Assembly (NCBI GenBank): GCA_965224245.1
Contig: OZ245046.1
Coordinates: 3,616,001-3,680,000, forward strand
Length of the DNA stretch: 64,000 nt
Reading direction: 5' to 3'
DNA from: Candidatus Eiseniibacteriota bacterium
Lineage (GTDB): Bacteria; Eisenbacteria; RBG-16-71-46; CAZAMP01
Of this stretch, positions 59,383 through 64,000 are shown piece after piece. Each line of letters begins with the position of its first letter. Positions within the stretch are counted from its first letter, which is position 1. A program made the position numbers and the translations under genes. Below the pieces are notes generated by a model. That model had not been told where the DNA came from. It was given only the letters and a program-made list of their open reading frames with translations, and made no database searches.

Positions 59383-61175
59383 GCGCCCGCCACGAGTTCG
59401 AGGAGCAATCGCTCGGCAAGGCCTACGACCACCGTCTGATGACGCGACTGTTGAGCTACCTGCGTCCATCGATCGTGCTGATCGTGTTCGCGATGCTGTT
59501 CCTGATCCTGTCCTCGCTGGCCCAGCTCGCCGGCCCCTGGCTGACCCAGCGCGCGATCGACGACCACATCGCCGTCGGCGACGCGACCGGCCTCCTGCGC
59601 ATCGCCGCGCTCTGGGTCGGGTTGATCGCGGTCGGCGCGATCCTCCAGTACGTGCAGCTCGTCATGATGAACCTCATCGGACAGCGGGCGATGCTCGCGA
59701 TGCGCGACGAGATCTACGCGCATCTGGGACGCCTTCCGATGCGGTTCTTCGACCACAACCCGGTGGGACGCCTGATGACCCGGCTCACGAACGACGTCGA
59801 GGTCCTGAACCAGATGTTCACGCAGGGCGTCGTGGCCATCTTCGGCGACGTGTTCACGCTGCTCGGCATCATGGTGGTCATGACGGTCATGGACTGGCGG
59901 CTCGCCCTGGTGACGTTCTCCTCGCTGCCGCTCCTGGTCCTGGTGACGATCCAGTTCCGCCGGCGCATCCGGGGCGCCTACCGCGACGTCCGGATCGCCC
60001 TGGCGCGGATCAATGCCTACCTCCAGGAGAGCCTCGGCGGCATTCCCGTCATCAAGTCCCTGCGCCGGGAGGACCGCAACGATCAGGAGTTCGCCGATCT
60101 CGCGGACGATCACAAGGACGCGTTCCTCCGGTCGGTGCGCGCGTTCTCGGTCTACTATCCGATGGTGGAGATCATCGAGGCGCTGGCGATCGCCCTCGTG
60201 CTCTGGTACGGCGGCGGCGAGATTCTCCGGGACACCGTCACGTTCGGCGCGCTCGTGGCGTTCATCCAGTACGCGGGACGGTTCTTCCGTCCGATCCGTG
60301 ATCTGAGCGAGAAGTACAACATCCTCCAGGACGCGATGGCGTCGTCGGAGCGGATCTTCTCGCTTCTGGACACGCCGCCGGAGCCGGACGCGGCGACCGT
60401 CCCCGAGTTCGACGCGCGCGGTGACATCCGCTTCGAGAACGTGCACTTCTCCTACGACGGCAAGACCCCGGTGACGCGCGGCGTCGCCTTCGAGATTCCC
60501 GCGGGCAAGACCACGGCGATCGTCGGCTCGACCGGCGCGGGCAAGACCACGCTCGTCGGGCTGTTGACCCGGTTCTACGATCCCGAGGAGGGTCGCATCA
60601 CGATCGGCGGCGTGGACATTCGCGACATCCCGCGCCGCGAGCTGCGCCGCACGATGGCCATCGTTCAGCAGGACGTCTACCTGTTCTCGGGAGACATCGA
60701 GGAGAACATCCGCCTCGGCGAGACCGATCTCTCGCCGGAGCGGCTGGCGAAGGCCCTGGAGCTGAGCCACGCCGACAAGGTCGTCGCCCGATTGCCGGGC
60801 GGCCTGTCCAGCCCGGTCGGCGAGCGAGGCGGGAGCCTCTCGACCGGAGAGCGCCAGCTGATCGCGTTCGCGCGCGCGCTCGCATTCGACCCGGACATCC
60901 TGATTCTCGACGAGGCCACCGCGAGCATCGACAGCGAGACCGAGGCGCTCATCCAGGACGCGCTGAACGCGCTCCTGACCAACCGCACCGCGATCGTCAT
61001 CGCCCATCGCCTGTCGACGATTCGCAACGCGGATCAGATCCTCGTCCTGCACCACGGTCGGGTGTGCGAGAAGGGAACGCACGACGAGCTGCTCGCCGCG
61101 GACGGGCTGTACTCGCAGCTCTACCGGCTCCAGTTTCAGCTGGGACGTACCGAGGCAGCCGAATCGACGCCGTAG
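59379..61175 (+). CDS. ABC exporter fused permease/ATPase, subunit 2
   Basis: GSTGAGKTT, LSTGERQL, LDEAT, AHRLST; GTGA overlap. Confidence 0.93.
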   Translation: MSARHEFEEQSLGKAYDHRLMTRLLSYLRPSIVLIVFAMLFLILSSLAQLAGPWLTQRAIDDHIAVGDATGLLRIAALWVGLIAVGAILQYVQLVMMNLIGQRAMLAMRDEIYAHLGRLPMRFFDHNPVGRLMTRLTNDVEVLNQMFTQGVVAIFGDVFTLLGIMVVMTVMDWRLALVTFSSLPLLVLVTIQFRRRIRGAYRDVRIALARINAYLQESLGGIPVIKSLRREDRNDQEFADLADDHKDAFLRSVRAFSVYYPMVEIIEALAIALVLWYGGGEILRDTVTFGALVAFIQYAGRFFRPIRDLSEKYNILQDAMASSERIFSLLDTPPEPDAATVPEFDARGDIRFENVHFSYDGKTPVTRGVAFEIPAGKTTAIVGSTGAGKTTLVGLLTRFYDPEEGRITIGGVDIRDIPRRELRRTMAIVQQDVYLFSGDIEENIRLGETDLSPERLAKALELSHADKVVARLPGGLSSPVGERGGSLSTGERQLIAFARALAFDPDILILDEATASIDSETEALIQDALNALLTNRTAIVIAHRLSTIRNADQILVLHHGRVCEKGTHDELLAADGLYSQLYRLQFQLGRTEAAESTP

Positions 61176-61184
61176 TCCGGAATG

Positions 61185-62021
61185 TCAGCGGAGCCGTCGG
61201 ACCAGGGCCGCGAAGTCGGCGGGAGTCAGCTCCTCGGCCCGCGCACGGGCGTGTCCGGCGACCCCGGTCAGGGCGTCGGCCACCCGCTCCGGATCGAGCC
61301 CGAGCTCCGAGACGAGGTTCGTCCGCATCATCTTTCGCCGGTGCGAGAACGCCGCACGCACGACGCGCTCGAGGAACGCGGCGTCCACGTCGTCGGGAGG
61401 GTCCCGGAACTCCAGTGAAAGGACCGCCGAGCCCACGTCCGGGGCGGGAAAGAACGCGCCCTTCGGCACGTTGAAGCGGCCGCGACGCACCAGATGAAAC
61501 GCCGCGAACACGCTCAGCGATCCGTACGCCTTCGTGCGGGGTGACGCGAAGAGCCGATCGGCGTACTCACGCTGCACCATGACCACCGCACCCCGGAGAA
61601 GCCGTCGCTGGCGAATCAGCCACATCACCAGGTCGGTCGTGATCGCGTAGGGGAGGTTTCCGAACACGCCCATCGGCGCGCTGCGCACCAGTGCGAGGTC
61701 CACCGTTCGCGCGTCGGCCTCCATGACCGTCACCCGCTCGGCCCTGTAGCGATCGCGGAGGTGGCCGACGAGCGTGCGATCCACGTCGATCACCAGCACG
61801 TCGTCGAAGCGCCCGAGGATCGCGTCGGTGAGAACACCGGTTCCTCCCCCGACCTCGACGATGGGCGTGGCGGCCGGCCACGAGACGCTCGTCGCGATGC
61901 GCGCGGCCACCGCGGGCTGACACAGGAAGTTCTGGCTGAGGCTCTTGCGAGCCGCGATGCCCAGACGATCGAGGACGTGCCGGGGATGCTCGAACGACCG
62001 ACCCGTCTCGTGGTCGTTCAT
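61185..62021 (-). CDS. rsmA: 16S rRNA adenine dimethyltransferase
   Basis: KSLSQNFL, EVGGGTG, GNLPYAIT, MVQRE, YGSLS, RRK, RAEEL. Confidence 0.93.
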   Translation of the reverse strand: MNDHETGRSFEHPRHVLDRLGIAARKSLSQNFLCQPAVAARIATSVSWPAATPIVEVGGGTGVLTDAILGRFDDVLVIDVDRTLVGHLRDRYRAERVTVMEADARTVDLALVRSAPMGVFGNLPYAITTDLVMWLIRQRRLLRGAVVMVQREYADRLFASPRTKAYGSLSVFAAFHLVRRGRFNVPKGAFFPAPDVGSAVLSLEFRDPPDDVDAAFLERVVRAAFSHRRKMMRTNLVSELGLDPERVADALTGVAGHARARAEELTPADFAALVRRLR

Positions 62022-62824
62022 GGGTCGCGTCGAGCGTCGGGGGGCGCCTCGGCCTCCACGCGTGCGTCCAGACCGAACAGCGCGTTCGCATTCTCGTCGG
62101 TGATCGCCTCCAGGCGCGCCGGATTCATCTCCAGCAGGTCGGCCATCACCGGGATGACCTCCGCGATGAACGCCGGCTCGTTCCGACGCGAGGTCCCGGG
62201 CGCGGGCGCGAGCCACGGACAGTCGGTCTCGAGGAGCAGCCGATCGTGGGGCACGCGGGGAAGGATCTTCCGGTAGCGCCCCTTGCTGCGGGTGACGGCG
62301 CCACCGAACCCGAGGTGGAAGCCCGCGCCGACGATGCGGGGCACGAGCTCGGGTGGCCCGCCGTAGCAGTGCAGCACGCCGCCGACCCGACCGGCGTCCA
62401 TGGCCTCGAGCATCTCGACCACCGCCTCCTCGGCCCCGCGCGAGTGAACGATCAGCGGGAGATCGTGGGCGAGCGCCAGCTCCAGGTGGCACGCGAACAG
62501 CGCGCGCTGGGCGTCGTGGGGCGCGTAGTCACGATGGAAGTCGAGCCCGGTCTCCCCCACGGCGACGACGTCGCGATCGGTCAGGAGGGACTCGAGCGCG
62601 TCCAGGTCTCCCGGAACGTGCCGGGCCGACTCGTGCGGATGGATGCCCAGGGCGGCGTGCACGCGCCGGTTGGCGCGCGCGAGCTCGAGGGCGCGACGAC
62701 TGGATGCGACCTCGATCCCGACCTCGACGACGTGGCGGCACCCGGCCGCGAACGCGCGGGCGAGCGTGGCCTCGCGGTCCCCGTCGAATGGACTCGTCCC
62801 GAGATGGGCGTGCGTGTCGATCAT
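62018..62824 (-). CDS. tatD: TatD family hydrolase
   Basis: DTHAH, GIHP, GETGLD, HSR, HCY, LLETDCP. Confidence 0.93.
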   Translation of the reverse strand: MIDTHAHLGTSPFDGDREATLARAFAAGCRHVVEVGIEVASSRRALELARANRRVHAALGIHPHESARHVPGDLDALESLLTDRDVVAVGETGLDFHRDYAPHDAQRALFACHLELALAHDLPLIVHSRGAEEAVVEMLEAMDAGRVGGVLHCYGGPPELVPRIVGAGFHLGFGGAVTRSKGRYRKILPRVPHDRLLLETDCPWLAPAPGTSRRNEPAFIAEVIPVMADLLEMNPARLEAITDENANALFGLDARVEAEAPPDARRDP

Positions 62825-64000
62825 GGCCGCGAGCGCGTGTCCGGCTGGCTCGCGTTGCCACCCCGGCGGCGCCGGGACCGGCGCCGGCGTCGCCGGGGAG
62901 GGTCGCCGGGCGCGTCGGAGCGATCGGGCCCCTCGCGATCGGGCGCCGATCGGGCGCCTGCCGGCGACGCGGGCCGCTCCCGGTCGGCATCGCCGTCGCG
63001 GGGTCCGGCCCCGCCGGGGCCGGTCACTCCGGCGCGGGCCTCGGCCGACCGTGCGTCACCCCGCCGGCGACGGCGACGGGATCGGCGGCGACGGGGCTCG
63101 CCGTCACGATCGTCGTCCCGGCGAGCGCGTTCCGCCGAACGACCGGCGTCCTCGGCATCGGCGAACGCGACGAGCTCGGCATCGCTCCGGTCGCTGCCCG
63201 ATCGACCGCTCCCGATGTCGCCCGCGTCGGCACGGCGCCTCGCCTCGGCCTCGAGCCGGACCATCTCGACCGGCGAGGGCGTCTCGTCGCCTGACGGGGG
63301 ATCGGACGGGCCGCGCCGGCCCCGTCCCTTGGCCAGGAGCGGCGCCCCTTCGAAGTCGCGCGTCCTGGTGATCGGAATGCGTCCCGAGCGGCGCCCGGGA
63401 TCGGAGCGCTCGGCCGGCGCGTCGTCGTTCTCCCGGCGACCTCGCGCGTTCTTCATGCCGGTGGGCCTGGGATCGGGCTTGTGGCATCCGCTACCGGCGC
63501 CGCCGCGCCCGGGTGCCCCGCGCGGGCGCACCGCGCCGCCGCGCCACTGGCTCCGCGGCACCGGAAAGTCCTCGATCGCGTACTCGGTGACGACGCCCTC
63601 GGCGTTTCGCGTCCTCACGACCTGGCGAAAGTAGTCGTTGCCCGAGACCACGACCAGCTCCCCGCCGATCTCGAACTTGGCGCCCTGCTTCGGGTAGAGC
63701 TTCACGACTTCCTTGTAGAACGGATCCTCGTACATCAGGCAGCACATCAGCCGCCCGCAGCCGCCTGAGATCTTGGTCGGGGCAAGCGCCAGCCCCTGGT
63801 TCTTGGCCATCTTCAGCGTGACCGGCGAGAAGTCCTTGAGCCACGTCGAGCAGCAGTACTCGCGACCGCAGGGCCCGATTCCGCCGATCCGCTTGGCGGC
63901 GTCCCTGGCCCCGATCTGTCGCAGCTCGATGCGGGTCTTGAAGATGGAGGCCAGCTCCTTGACCAGCTCCCGGAAGTCGACCCGCTGCTCGGCGGTGAAG
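62821..64000 (-). CDS. ricT: RicT/YaaT (PSP1 domain) protein; 5' end outside the window
   Basis: Hand translation: RVDFRELVKEL..TRIELRQIG..GIGPCGREYCC..MAKNQ..KISGGCGRLMCCLMYE, then a disordered tail. Confidence 0.9.
   Translation of the reverse strand, partial: FTAEQRVDFRELVKELASIFKTRIELRQIGARDAAKRIGGIGPCGREYCCSTWLKDFSPVTLKMAKNQGLALAPTKISGGCGRLMCCLMYEDPFYKEVVKLYPKQGAKFEIGGELVVVSGNDYFRQVVRTRNAEGVVTEYAIEDFPVPRSQWRGGAVRPRGAPGRGGAGSGCHKPDPRPTGMKNARGRRENDDAPAERSDPGRRSGRIPITRTRDFEGAPLLAKGRGRRGPSDPPSGDETPSPVEMVRLEAEARRRADAGDIGSGRSGSDRSDAELVAFADAEDAGRSAERARRDDDRDGEPRRRRSRRRRRRGDARSAEARAGVTGPGGAGPRDGDADRERPASPAGARSAPDREGPDRSDAPGDPPRRRRRRSRRRRGGNASQPDTRSRP

Overview
High-GC bacterial chromosomal window with no rRNA, tRNA, CRISPR array or mobile element visible. 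Four secreted proteins end in a FlgD-Ig/T9SS-like C-terminal domain, which suggests an FCB-group lineage such as Eisenbacteria or a relative (inference). Housekeeping genes: gdhA, argR-argG, the priA-TPR-ilvC-rho-rpmE-prfA-prmC run, a UvrD helicase, era, trxB, a heterodimeric ABC exporter and ricT-tatD-rsmA. Five things stand out. (1) At the left edge, a catalytically degenerate CHAT (caspase-like) domain fused to a transglutaminase/papain-like domain overlaps an alpha/beta-hydrolase gene and is split by a frameshift; it is a candidate protease-effector module. (2) A secreted Cys-rich protein has an in-frame TGA followed by a SECIS-like hairpin. (3) gdhA, a truncated dikinase-like gene and a GDH paralogue lacking all three active-site lysines form a candidate GDH regulatory module. 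(4) A luxE-luxC pair without luciferase is linked to a class III aminotransferase. (5) An ilvC homologue has active-site substitutions. All functional calls come from motif reading only; no searches were run.
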